From assembly GCF_963921235.1 (NCBI RefSeq), contig NC_086108.1, forward strand, positions 72,294,001-72,358,000: a stretch of DNA of 64,000 bases, read 5' to 3'. The translations under genes and the position numbers were made by a program. The stretch is from Mobula hypostoma (taxonomy: Eukaryota). The notes beneath the pieces are model-generated. The model did no database searches. It was given only the letters and a program-made list of their open reading frames with translations, and was not told the origin of the DNA. Numbering within the stretch: position 1 is the stretch's first letter; the number at the start of each line of letters is the position of its first letter. This document shows, one piece after another, positions 50,213 through 62,554 of the stretch.

Positions 50213-50882
50213 ATAGGCTTTGCAGACATCCAGGTTGGGTGTCGTTTATGTGAACACAAGCTGCAACCTGTTTGAGTTTACAGTAAATAAAGCTTCTTGC
50301 TATAAGAACAAAGCATCTTATTCAGTGTCTAGATGGATTTCTACTAAAGCAGGCACAGCTAGCAAATTCAGTATATTGTTTGTGCACCATGAGACAGCTG
50401 TCACCCCACTGTAAAAACCCTATCATCTGATGCTCAGCAGCTGGCTGTCTTTAAGATAGTAGTTTCTCTATAGCAAATTTCAATATGTGATTACTGAACT
50501 TTGTCCAACAGAAAAAAAGAAAGTGAGTATTATTAGTGGCTTGCCTTGCCTGTCCTGGCCAGGTTGTTAATTTTATACAATATTGTTCATGGATTCATAT
50601 GTTGACAGAGGTCACCATTTGTCATCAGTAAGATCAGAGAGCCTAGGCTGGATGATAAATCACATAGGTAATAAATTCCTTCAAAAGCTCAATAAAAATG
50701 GATCCGGGATATTACACCTTTATTAACTTGCCATGTACAAGCAGCCTGCTCCAGTGGACTGCTATCGACAGCTCATAGAAACACATGGGCAGAGACAGGA
50801 CTCAATGTGACTTCAGAAAGAAGTCAGAAACAAAAGGATGTCTTAGCAGTTTCATTGACTGCTTTGATATTTAGGAGATTAC

Positions 50883-50967
50883 CAGGTGGATGGATGGAGA
50901 TAACCTGCTGATGGAAATCAATCACGTTAATGTTGTTGCCAGTGAAGTAGGCCATGATCTCGGTTTC
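50883..50967 (-). CDS. Exon of - strand host gene (ETEIMAYFTGNNINVIDFHQQVISIHPP+G)
   Basis: tcattttgtacag|GAA..CCT G|gtaatc; 85 nt, phase 0 to 1, open. Confidence 0.78.
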
Positions 50968-51439
50968 CTGTACAAAATGACCACCCTCCCTGCTTTTAGT
51001 CCTGACTTACAATAGTCCGATTCTTATCAACTACTTTATGACTGTGGGATAGATGTGGAGCAGATCCATTTTAAATTGATGTGTCCTTCTTTACCAGTTT
51101 GAAAAAAGGTTGTCATGCAAATTCCACACTGAGTGATTCTCCACCAGCTACAAGGCACAAGTCAAGATTCTAATCGAATTGACTCTTTTAACCTTGTTGG
51201 GTCTAACATCAAAATCAAGAAGTTTGACAGCTTCCAGATTAAAACAGCTACCTGAATGACAGTCCATTCACCATCTGTGACCTTTATTCCCTCCCTTCCA
51301 CCATCCATCTGTTTAATCTTGTTTTGATTGTATCCTTGTGTCCAAACAATTGCCATAATTATTTCCTCTCGTATTATCTTAGTTGTTTTGTCTTCCTGAC
51401 CATCTTCTCCCAGAAAAATTATACTTCACTCTAAATGAA

Positions 51440-51665
51440 AACAAAAGAAAAAGCTGCCAATGCTGGAAGTTTGAAACAAAAACAGAAGATTCTTGAAGCA
51501 TTTTTCAACTCAAGCAGCATCTGTAAGAAAGGAGAACAAAATTAATGCTTCTAGTCCAAAGACGCTGCATTGGGGAAAGAATCTTGGACTTGAGATGTTA
51601 ACTTTTTTACTCTTTCCTCTGATGCTGCCTGTCCTGCTGAGTGTTTCCAACATTTTCTGTTTTTA
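51440..51665. repeat. Old inverted pair of PLE-terminal-repeat-derived elements
   Basis: aagctgccaatgctggaag..aaaacagaa..cagcatct versus gatgctgcc..ctgctgagtgtttccaacattttctgtttt. Confidence 0.6.
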
Positions 51666-51684
51666 TCAATGTATTTAATGTGTG

Positions 51685-52007
51685 TGTTAGGACAACTTCG
51701 TCAGGCCTGCCATAAGCAGGCGCCTCCCAGTCCCCTCCCAGCTAACTGGAGTCACCTGCCGCACGTTTCCAAGTGATCACCAGCAGCTGATATAAACCCA
51801 GCTCTCTCACAGTTCTTGTTCACCTATTGAACCAGCCAGCATGAACCAGGTTAGGTCAATGGGTGAACAAGGCTCCTAGCCTTTGGTTACCTTGCTGTGT
51901 TAAGTATCCATTCTATCTTGCATTGTGGCCCAGTTTCTTAATAAAGTGATTGCTCTCTGCTAAATTGACTCTGCAGTTGGGTCAAGCCTCCTCTACGTTT
52001 CCTGACA
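51685..52007 (+). mobile_element. Solo LTR
   Basis: tgttagga...tcctgaca termini, internal TATAAA and AATAAA; no clear TSD. Confidence 0.6.
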
Positions 52008-52176
52008 ATCTTGAGTTTTTCAAACCATTACTTTTGAAATTATTTTACTACATACCTTCCAGTTGCTTTAAAATTGAACTGGATGTTTGTGTAATTCATT
52101 TAGAAAACCTCTTTAAATAGCTTTAGAATTGAAGTAAAATTGCTTGTAATTACATTTTAAAGTCTTGGGTACTTGC

Positions 52177-52223
52177 CTTCAAGGTTGAGTTTATTCGTAT
52201 CAAAATTTCCCGAGCTGCTTGAC
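52177..52223 (-). CDS. Exon of - strand host gene (G-QAAREILIRINSTLK) with GC donor
   Basis: gaatcag|GT CAA..TTG AAG|gcaagt; 47 nt, phase 1 to 0, fits both neighbouring exons. Confidence 0.68.
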
Positions 52224-53404
52224 CTGATTCAGTCAAAATGTTTATAGAATGAAGTCTGAGCAATGAGCTCAAAGATAACTGGAGTGTTTGATTTTGACTT
52301 TACGTTGTCATATGTAAAAGAGGGAATAAATTCTCATCTATTCATCAAGAACCCTTTTTACATACACACAAAACCTACAGCACAATACAGGCCCTTGTTA
52401 ATTGATCAATTGACATATTCAATTTGATTTGAGGAGCTATTATTTTATTATAGCAAGGAAACATGAAGCTTTCATTTAGCTTGTTGCAGACATAAAATTG
52501 ATAGATCTCATTGTCATAACTGTAGTCAACAGAGGTCAATTCTACTGACATATAGAACATTGATGGAGCAAAATTTAGACCTTTTTGATCAGTACTAAGA
52601 TGTTTGAACAGACTTTATCATAATTGCATTTTTCAAGCATTGAATGTGCTTTTACATCATTGCAGGGAGAAACAATGTTCTATTATTCTGAGCACGAGAC
52701 AAGCATCGAATTGCACTATGAACTTCTGTTAATCTCTGTGCACACCCTAGTCACTAAGAGATATGGCCTGACCTAAAAACCTGAACATGCAATTTGAACA
52801 AAGGTGTAATTACTGCTTTATCAAATCAGTACACGTAAATAGTTTTCTACTATATCACCTCCACAATGAATTTACTATAACATAAACTGAGTTTAGTTTT
52901 AAAGGGTTTTGCCAAGGATGTTGGCAAACCTGGGTGCAGTGCACAAGGTATCAGAAACCTTTGGATCTCAGGTCAATTGCTCCTGGGAAGGCTAGATATT
53001 TTGGGTTGAACAAAATGTTCACCTACATCTGCCACACTTGGATAGCAGGTTTAAAAATAAGGGAAAATTTTTGACCCACACCTTCTACTTCAAGGCAGCT
53101 ACTGAAATTCTACCCAATTTACCTGTTACACCTCAAGAAGTTCTCACTATTCTGAGAAAAGGCTGAGCTTGTTGATGACTGTAGGAAGAAAGGAAATGAC
53201 GTCGTTTATTAGTCATCGCTGAGCGCCTCAACTCTACTGTCGTATTGACAAGATGTTAGTAGTCTAACCAGAAATTTATCCTTGACTCGTATGAGAATTA
53301 GTGCTTAATGGAAATACAATTACAGAAACCATCTTTGCATAACAGAACAGGTTGTATATCAGCAAACAATAAGAGATTCCAACCTCGGAACATAATGGGA
53401 TATA

Positions 53405-53540
53405 CAAACAAGAGAAAATCTGCAGATGCAGGAAATCCAAGCAACACACACAAAATGCCGGAGGAACTCAGCAGGCCAGGCAGCTTCTATGAAAAAGAGT
53501 ATAGTCGACATTTTGGGCCAAGGCACTTCATCATTCCTGA
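53405..53540 (-). repeat. PLE-terminal-repeat-derived element with decayed hammerhead
   Basis: Minus strand ATGATGA AGTG CCTTGG CCC AAAA TGTC GACT followed by the conserved terminal sequence. Confidence 0.75.
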
Positions 53541-53902
53541 ATGATGGTTCATTATTCCCTCTGGTTCATTATCCATTTCAGTTTACTTGATTATCCGTTG
53601 GACATTTTTTTTTCCTTTTCCAGCACTACATTGCTTGCAGTTAAAATAAGTCAAATTTGTGCAGAGTCCCAGACCCTCTCGTCTTCAGTCATATGATAAA
53701 AATCTTAGGCTTCAGAAGCCCCGAGGAAACCTCTGGAGACAGATCTATACGTTAGCAATCAAAGCTGACAAATGTAGTTTCAGGTCATTTGGTAGAGTGC
53801 ACTACCCTGTGCGGCATTTTCAGCAGTTCCCATTGTTTTTATGGCATTAGCACTGTACACATCCAGGGCAGGCTTGGTGCTGAATACTGTATAACCAACA
53901 GT

Positions 53903-54080
53903 CATCCCACAGGAGTGGAGCTAACCTTCAGAACTAATGGGAAGTTGTTCAACCGACTGTGACAACACTGGAAAACTACCTGAACCTCCGGAGCTGAGCT
54001 ACTATATGCCGATGATGCTTGTGTTTGTACATGATCAGAGAACAAGTTCCAAGTCATTGTTGACTGACTCATTGAAGCAA
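53903..54080 (+). mobile_element. RTE LINE RT fragment
   Basis: GVELTFRTNGKLFN..ELLYADDAC..FQVIVD. Confidence 0.7.
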
Positions 54081-54091
54081 AACTTTGGGTC

Positions 54092-54380
54092 GGCACAGTG
54101 GCATAGCTAGTGGAATGATTGTCTCACAGTGTTGGAGGTTTGTGTTTACAACTGACCTTGGGAGCTGTCTGAGTATGCCTATTTTTCCTGAGCTTCCTCT
54201 GTGTGCTCTAGTTTCCTCCTATATCCAACAGATGTGTGGGTGGCGAGATTAATTAGCCACTATAAATTGCCCCTCGTGTATATGCAAGGTAGAATCTATG
54301 GGGAATTCAGAACGTACGGAGAATAAAAAAACGGGATAAATGTAGGTTTAGAGTAAAATAGGTCATTAATGATTGGTGCT
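54092..54380 (+). mobile_element. Degenerate HE1/V-SINE-like SINE
   Basis: ggcacagtggcatagc head; gtgctctagtttcctcc..taattagccactataaattgcccct. Confidence 0.6.
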
Positions 54381-54452
54381 AACTGAGTGTGACAAACTGC
54401 CTGTTTTTGTGGCCTATCCCTTGATGACTACTGAAAGACAAAGCTACTGTAC

Positions 54453-54515
54453 CAATCTGCACTGCTGCCCCACACTCCACACTCCTCTGCTGCAACAGAA
54501 GTTCATGAAGAGATC
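54453..54515 (-). CDS. Exon of - strand host gene (G-SLHELLLQQRSVECGAAVQI-G)
   Basis: cttcacattttgcag|GA TCT..ATT G|gtacag; 63 nt, symmetric phase 1-1, open. Confidence 0.7.
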
Positions 54516-55246
54516 CTGCAAAATGTGAAGCACTTTGGCAGTCACCTTCACTGCACAACACAATTGTTCATTGTTATTGAGAATTTTAACACTTTAATAA
54601 CCTTTCAACCAGGTTCCTTTTTAAAAGAATTTTTCTTCAAACAATTTTCTTTCAATCATAAATTTTGGCAAAAAGAATGAACTGCGACACTGCAACTTGT
54701 CACAAAAGAATTTCCGCTTTATCACTATTAAGCCATTTAGGAAGCTGGTGTTATCACTAATATAACCAGCAAGTACAGATCTTGCTGGTTAGAATTCTGC
54801 TGTGTGTGGAGCCTGAAGCATTCTTTGTCCATAACAGAACATAGCTTGCAGCTTATCTGAAAAAGAATTGGTACTGACCTGTCTCTCAGCATGGTCACCT
54901 GACTAGATATTTGTCCAAGGAACTGAAAACCTGCAAACCCCATCCCCCTGCAAACTAGAGTTCAAGGGAGATGGGAATCAGAACGCCAGAGCAGATAGTG
55001 GAGTAATTGTGGAGAAAGATGTTATTAAGCCTACATATGAGGTCAGGAATCAAAAGGTTAAGCGTGGTGAGCCTAATGTTCTAAGCTGCATATATCTCAA
55101 TGGAAGGAGTATTGAAAAGCAGATGAGCCTGGAGCATGGATCAGCACCTGGACTTGTGATATTGTAGCCATTAGTGAGACTTGGTTGCTGGAGGGCAGGA
55201 CTGGCAGCTCAATGCCTTGGGTTTCCATTGTTTTAGATGTGATAGA

Positions 55247-55872
55247 CCGCCAGAGAAAGCAGGATCTTCCAGTGGCCACACATTTTAATTCTATGTCTCA
55301 TTCCCATTCTGATATGACTATCCACGGCCTCCTCTACTGTAAAGATGAAGCCACACTCAGGTTGGAGGAACAACACCGTACATTCCGCCTGGGTAGCCTC
55401 CAACCTGATGGCATGAACATTGACTTCTCAAACTTCCGCTAATGCCCCACCTCCCCCTCATACACCATCTGTTATTTATTTATATACACACATTCTTTTA
55501 CTCTCTCTCCTTTTTCTCCTTCTGTCCCTCTCACTATACCCCTTGCCCATCCTCTGGTTTTCTCTCCCTCCCCCTTTTCTTTCTCCCTAGGCCTCCTGTC
55601 CCATGATCCTCTCATATCCCTTTTGCCAATCAACTGTCTAGCTCTTGGCTCCATCCCTCCACCTCCTGTTTTCTCCTATCATTTCAGATCTCCTCCCCCC
55701 TCCCATTTTCAAGTCTCTTACTAGCTCTTTTTTCAGTTAGTCCTGAGGAAGGGTCTTAGCCCGAAATGTCGACTGTACCTCTTCCTAGAGATGCTACCTG
55801 GTCTGCTGCGTTCACCAGCAACTTTTATGTGTGTTGCTTGAAATTCCAGCATCTGCAGATTTCCTCGTGTTT
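55247..55872 (+). mobile_element. Penelope 3' fragment (end of GIY-YIG domain plus terminal region)
   Basis: RQRKQDLPVATHFNS..FRLGSLQPDGMNIDFSNFR*, near-identical to the copies at 26477 and 35043. Confidence 0.92.
55739..55774 (+). ncRNA. Minimal type I hammerhead ribozyme motif, core intact
   Basis: AGTC CTGAGGA A GGG TCTTAG CCC GAAA TGTC GACT; stem I AGTC/GACT, stem II GGG/CCC, GUC triplet. Confidence 0.72.
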
Positions 55873-58860
55873 GAGCAGGTGGGATTAAAGTGTGGGGGGA
55901 GTCAGGGAAAATGTCATGGCAGTCCTCAGTCAGAACAGACTGTATAGCTTGTCTAGTGAAGAATTATGGGTAGAACTGAGGAATAAGAAAGGCATGACCT
56001 TGTTAATGGGATGATATTATAAGCTACCCAACATTCCATAGGATTTAGAGGAGCAAATTTGTAGATAGATTGCAGACTGTTGTAAGAAACATAAGGTTGT
56101 GATAGCAAGTGATTTTAACTTTCCACTTATTGACTGGGACACCCATATCCCTCATCCCTCATCCCTCATCCAAAAGGGATGGGTGGGATAGAGTTTGTTA
56201 AATGTGTTCGGGAAAGTTGCCTTAATCAGTACATAGAAGTCCCAAGTAGAGAGAATGCAATACTTACTCTCCTATTAAGGAATGAGACAGGGCAGGTGAC
56301 AGAGTTTGTGTAGTGGAGCACTTTGCATCTAGTGATCATAATGCCATTAATTTCAAGGTAATTATGAATAAAGCCTTAATGCCTTTAGACATAGGAACAG
56401 GATTAGGCCGTTTGGCCCATTGACTTAGCTCTGCAATTTCTTCATGTCAGATCCAATTTTCCTCTCAGCTCCAATCTCCTACCTTCTCCCTGTATCTCTT
56501 CATTCGCTGACCAATCAAGAATCTATCAATTTCTGCCTTAAATATGTATAAAGATGATCTCCACAGCTGGCTGTGGCAAAGAATTCCACAGAATTACCAC
56601 TCTCTGTCTGAAGAAGTTCCTCTTTGACTCCGTTCTAAAATGATATCACTCTATTCTGAGACTGTGTCCTCTGGTTTTAGACTTTCCCACCATAGGAAGA
56701 TCCACTCCACATCCACTCTGTTGAAGCCTTTCACCATTCGATAAGTTGCAATGAAGTCATCCCTCATTCTTCTGAATTCCGGTGAATACAGGCTCAGAGC
56801 CATCAAATGTTCTTCATATGACAAGCCCTTCAATCCTGGAATAATTTTTGTGAACCTCCTTTGAACCTTCTCCAGTTTCAGCACATTCTTTCTAAGATAA
56901 GGGACCCAAAACTGCTCAAAATACTCTGAGGCCTCATCAGTGCTTTATTACGTCTCAACATTACATCCTTGCTCATATATTTTAGTTGAAATGAACGCAA
57001 ACATTGCATTTGCCTTCCTCACCACAGTTTCAACCTACAAATTAACCTTTTGTGAATCCTGCACAATGACTCCCAAGTCCCTCTCTGCCTCAGTTTTTTT
57101 TTGTATTTTCCCTCCATTTAGAAAATAGCCAACCCTTTCACCAAACTGCATGACCATACACTTCCCGACACTATATTCCATCTGCCACTTATTTGCCCAT
57201 TCTCCCAATCTGCCTAAGACCTTCTGCAGGCTTACTTCCTCAAAACTACACATCCCTCCACCTATCTTCACATTATCTGCAAACTTTGTAACAAAGCCAT
57301 CAATTCCATCATCCAAATCATTGACATATCTAACACGCTGGTTAAGATTTTACTGCTAATGCTGTAGGGTATGTGGTTTAATGGTTTTCTATAGAAGCAG
57401 TTTGTTCTGCTGGTAGTCTTTGGGTTTACCGCAAAAGATGAGGGGTTGTGATGAAGATGCTTAGGAATTCCGTGTCATCCAATCAGGATGTTAGAATTGA
57501 GAGAAGGTTCTAGAGAACTTTGGGTGGAGAGCTTTTGTGATGGGCACTAAGGTGGGTGGAGGTCTCATGTACAGATCCTGTCATTTTTGTCAGTTGGATT
57601 CTGTCACTCTCCGAGAGAAACTACTCCACGCACAAATTGGAATTTCTGACATTGAAATGGACTGTGATGGATATATTAATTGATAATCTATGTGGTGCCA
57701 AGTTCAAGGTGAGGACTGGCAACAATCCATTGACTTATATCTTGACCTTGGCGAAATTCGATGCCGCAGACCAGTGCTGGTTGGCAGTGTTGTCTGTTGA
57801 CAATTTCAGCCTATAGTGCCGGCCAGGGAGCCGGAACATTGGTGCAGATGCATTGTCCCGATGTTCACATGAAGGGCCAGAAATGGACTGAGAGTGAGAG
57901 AACATTCCTGCATCTGGAGTTAAAGCAAGGTGCAAGTTTTCTGCACGGGGAATTCAGAGCCAAAGCTAGGGCGGGATAGAACTGTGGATCATTTGGGAAC
58001 TTCAGGTTGCACCATTCCACAAGCTTAATGCAACTTGACCACCTGAATATGAAAGAGTTGTCTGCGTCGAGTCCTGGGGAGGTGGCAGCAGCTCAGCAAG
58101 ATGACCCTTGTATGGGAACCATTCGGTCAGCTGTTGTGGAAGGGGATATGGCCCAAGCTGAGAAGACAAATCAACCTGTCATACCTCTACAACTGAGAGA
58201 ATGGCACAAACTGGAGTTGAGGAAACAGGTTCTGTACAGGGTCGCATCTCCTGAAGAGAGGCCTTGGCCTCTCCTGTTGGTTTTACCTGAGAAGCACCAG
58301 AGGATTATGTTGAAGTCATTTCATGATGATTCAGGTTATTTGGGATTTGACAAGGCCTATGGATTGGTCCGAGATTGATTCTTCTGGCCTCGAATAGAGC
58401 CTGAGGTCGAAGAGTACTGTAAGTCGTGCATTCAATGTGTTCGGAGGAAGACACTGCCTATGAGGTTCGCTCCCTTTTCCTATTTACAAAGTGCGGGGAC
58501 ACTTGATCTAGTATGTGTGGATTTCCTCTCCACAAAGCCTGATTCCAGCAACATTGCGAATGTCTTGGTTATTACTGATCACTACACCAGATAATGCGCA
58601 AGCCTTCCCTACAAAGGATCAGAGGGCATCCACCATGGCCAAAGTGTTATGAGAAAAGTATTACATTCATTATGGCCTTCCAAGATGGATACACAGTGAT
58701 TAGGGAAGGAATTTTGAGAGTAGGCTGACACATGAGTTACTGAGCATACTTGGAGGTGAGGACTATGCCTTATCACCCTCAGGGTGATCCCCTGCCTGAG
58801 AGGTTCAGCCAGACATTGCTAGACATGCTCAGAACCCTGGATATCAGCAAGAAGAACAAA

Positions 58861-59620
58861 ACGAAACCCACTTCAACTCCGCTTCCCATTCCCATTCGGA
58901 TATGTCTATACATGGCCTCCTCTACTGCCATGATAAGGCTAAGCTCAGGTTGGAGAAGCAACACCTCATACTGTATATCGTCTGGGTAGTCTCCAACCCC
59001 TTGGGTATGAACATTGAATTCTGCATCTTCCAGTAATTCCCTCCCCCTCCCTTCCCCCATCCCAGTTTCACTCCGCCCCTCCCCCAGTTGCCTACTACCT
59101 CCTTCATGGTTCCGCCTCCTTCTACTACTCATTGAAGACGTCCTGGTCATCCACTGCGCCTAATCCCATCTCCAGCCGTCTAGACTCTGTCTTGCCACTG
59201 GATCCAGATGGGAATTGGGAAGAGAGAGTGAGGCTGACGCTGCGCAACTCTCCCTCACTTAAATCCAAATCACACGCTAGTCTTGACACCATCATCAATG
59301 GTGTCGAGGTCCTCATCGATGTCGACGATGGACGAACAACAACAACAACTACTCATTGTGCTTTCCCTTATTCCTTCTTCATCTTTCCTGCCTATCACCT
59401 CCCTGCCTCCCCTCCCCCACCCCTTTATCTTTCCCCTTACTGGCTTTTCACCTGGAACCTACCAGCCTTCTCCTTCCCACCCTCCCGCCACCTTCTTTAT
59501 AGGGCCTCTGCCCCTTCCTTCTACAGTCCTGACGAAGGGTTCCTGCCCAAAATGTTGACTGATCGTTTCCACGGATGCTGCCCGACCTGCTGAGTTCCTC
59601 CAGCGTGTTGTGAGTGTTGC
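58861..59620 (+). mobile_element. Penelope 3' fragment of a second subfamily inserted in the Gypsy integrase
   Basis: HFNSASHSHSDMSIHGLLYC..RLEKQHL; hammerhead remnant AGTC CTGACGA AGGG TTCCTG CCC AAAA TGTT GACT at 59525-59560. Confidence 0.85.
59135..59347 (+). mobile_element. Unclassified 213-bp retroposed fragment with (AAC)n tail
   Basis: Exact 11-bp TSD actactcattg at 59124-59134 and 59348-59358; terminal hairpins. Confidence 0.8.
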
Positions 59621-61914
59621 AGAGGAAGAAATAGACTCAGCGTATTGGGCACCTCGTCCACTGCTACAACTGTACACAGAATGAAGCTACTGGATACTCG
59701 CTGTACTATTTGATGTTCGAGCATGAAGTGAGATTGCCTGTAGATCTCTGTTTTGGAACTGGCAGGGAAGACATGACACAGAAGACCTATTTTAAGTATG
59801 TGTCTGACATGAGAAAGGAATTGCAAAAGGCTCATGAACTAGCAGCGGTTTCCGCCACCAAGCAGAATCAAGGAAACATGAGGAGATATGATCAAAATAC
59901 TAGGTTCGCCCAACTGATGCCTGGAGACATAGTTCTACTAAGGAATCTGGGCCTCCCAGGGAAGCATAAGTTGACTGACCACTGGGTGGCTACTCCTTCC
60001 ACAGTGGAGAGTCAAATGCCAAATATGCCAGTTTTCTGGGTGTAGCGATAAGATGGGAATGGGCCTGTAAAAATTCTCCATCTGAACTATCTATTACCTT
60101 TAGGACAGGAGGAACATGTTGACCCAAAGCCTGGCATGGACCCTATACCTAATAGGAGGACTCTGTGCTGAAGTGGGAGAACAGAAAGACAATCAGTGGT
60201 GTGACCTGAAGAGAATCAAAATGCTGAATGCTGTACAGACTCAGAGGATGAGGAAATGGGGGTGTGGTATTATGCAAACTCCCCAATAACTGATGTAGTG
60301 GGGGTGGGGGGACTAGCAGTGGACAGGAATTCTTGTGGCTGGACAAATAAAGGAAACTGGGTTTCAAAGTAATTGAAGATGAAGCTGTAGCTGACAAGTG
60401 GCAGGTTGACCTGAGCTGCCGGAAGCCACGAGTAATGGACAGGGAGAGGCACCCTAGTAGACAAGGAAGAGCTGAAGGAGTGCTTGAGGCTGAAGAAGCA
60501 GAAGATGGAATAAGGAGGTCTCAAAGAGTCAGGAAACCCACAGATAGGTTGGCCTATGATGCACCGGGGGGACAGAGTGGTGTGTCTATCCCCCTAGTGA
60601 GATACGTCACTACCATTTACAAATGGATTGCAGATCATGGCATCACAAAATTCCTTTGAGAACTGCATTATTAGTGATGGGTCAGTAAATTTCCATGCCA
60701 TGAGGACATGACTATTTTTGGTGGGGGGAGGGTGTAATCCCTGGTTAAGATTTTATTGCTAATGTTGTAGAGTATTTCACTTAATGGTTGTCTGTAGAAA
60801 CAGTGTGTTCCGCTAGTAGTGCTTTGCTACAGTTAAAGATAAGGCATTGTGATGTTCGTGTCATCCAATCAGGATGGTGGAATTGGGAGAAGGTTCTAGG
60901 GAACATTGGGTGGAGAAATTTTGTGATGGACACTGGGGGAGGGAGTCGAGGTCTTTTTTGGCAGGAGATAGAGAGAGAAGAAGATTGAAAGAACCAGCCA
61001 TAGGATTTGACCTAATGGGAATGTGCAATATGATGGAGTCCAAGTGGGGTATCCTACTGGCAAATAGTGAACAGGAGTTGGTGCCATGAGTATTTCGGAC
61101 GCATCAGCTTTTAGAAGATTTGAGCTCCAATCTGTGAACATTTAACTGTTTTAATTATGATGAGCCCTTTTGTTTTTTTCCCTTTTTTGTTTTCTCTTCA
61201 TTAATAATGGTTTTATTATGTTAAAATTCATAAATATACTTTCTTTATATTTGTATGCAGTGCACGGTCTATTATTTATTGCCAACGAGCGATTGCATGG
61301 CGGCAGTAATTACAGTGTTAACACAGATCAGGGTTCAGGTGGGTGAGACATCCCAACCTCCCAGTTGTGGCAGCACCCAAGTCATATCGACCCTAGATAT
61401 ATGGAGTTTGAGTCCGGTAGCTGTAAGTGAGGGACTAATGAGCAGCATCTCTAGAGATGCCCAGTAAAAAGGGGTTTCACATATAACGTAAAAAGAATCA
61501 GTCCCAACACGGACTGCTGAGGAACAGCACTAGTCATCAGCAGCCAACCAGAAAAGGCTCCCTTTATACCCACTCTTTGCCTCTTGCCGATCATCCACTG
61601 CTCTATCCATGCTAGAATCTTTCCTGTAATACCATGGGCCCGTAGCTTGTTAAGCAGCCTCATGTGTGGCACCCTGTCAAAGGCCTTCTGAAAATCCAAG
61701 TACACAACATCAACCAATTCTCCTTTGTCTGTCCTGCTTGTTATTTCTTCAAAGAATTTTAACAGACTTGTCAGGCAAGATTTTACCTTGAGGAAACCAT
61801 GCTGACTACGGCCTATCTTATCATGTGTCTCCAAGTACCCTGAGACCTTATCCTTGATCATCGACTCCAACATCTTCCCAACCACTGAGGTCAGACTAAC
61901 TGGCCTATCATTTC

Positions 61915-62059
61915 AAACAAAAGATAATCTGCAGATGCTGGAAATACAAGCAACTCACACAAAATACTGGAGGAACTCAGTAGTCCAGACAGTATCTATG
62001 GAAAAGAGTACAGTCTACATTTCAGACCGAGACCCTTCAGCAGGACTGGAGGAAGAAAA
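61915..62059 (-). mobile_element. Short PLE-derived element with mutated hammerhead, inserted in CR1
   Basis: TSD ggcctatcatt (61902-61912) / ggcctataatt (62060-62070); minus strand AGTC CTGCTGA AGGG TCTCGG TCT GAAA TGTA GACT at 62012-62047. Confidence 0.8.
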
Positions 62060-62554
62060 GGCCTATAATTCTTCTGCCTCTCTCCCTTTTTGAAGTGAAG
62101 TGCAATTTGTAATTTTGCAGTCTTCTGGAACTTCTCCAGAATGTAGTGATTCTTGAAAGATCATTACTAATGTCTCCACAATCTCTTCAGCCACCTCTTT
62201 TAGAACCCTGAAGGTATACTCCATCTGATCCATGTGATTTATCTACCTTCAGTCCTTTCAGTTTCCCAAGAACTTTCTCTCTAGTAACTTCACACACTTC
62301 AGGACTCCTGACACCTGGAACTCCCATCATACTGCTGGTGTCCTCCACAGTGAAGACTGATGCAAAATACTTATTCAGTTCATCTGCCATTTCCTGGTCC
62401 CCCATTACTACCTCTCCAGAATCGTTTTCCAGTAGTTCGATATCTACTCTCACTTCTCTTTTACACTTTATATGTACTTAAACCACCTTTCACAAGGTAC
62501 TTGAATAAATTATTGGTATCCTATTTAACAGTAATATATTAATATTAATAACAT

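Larger units (their letters stand above)
54950..56375 (+). mobile_element. CR1 ORF1 end and ORF2 endonuclease, split by a Penelope 3' fragment
   Basis: VLSCIYLN, IVAISETW, SDFNFPLIDW, SSDHNAI. Confidence 0.75.
57329..61481 (+). mobile_element. Gypsy LTR retrotransposon with internal deletion (RNase H and integrase retained)
   Basis: 5' LTR start 57329-57565 matches 3' LTR 60733-61481 (TG..CA, purine tract before 60733); ERNYSTHKLEFL.LKW, FHDDSGYLG, TMPYHPQGD..ERF, RLPVDLCFG. Confidence 0.88.
56390..62520 (-). mobile_element. CR1 LINE split by a Gypsy element (57329-61481) and a short PLE derivative
   Basis: ccaaatcattgacata | tataacgtaaaaagaatc rejoins to the CR1 RT sequence seen at 20130-20180; KFADNVKIGG left, LDFQKAFD right. 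Confidence 0.88.

Noticed and set aside
54767..54930. Further - strand exon candidates with plausible splice signals
   Set aside because: Stop codons in the phase required to join exon 54453-54515
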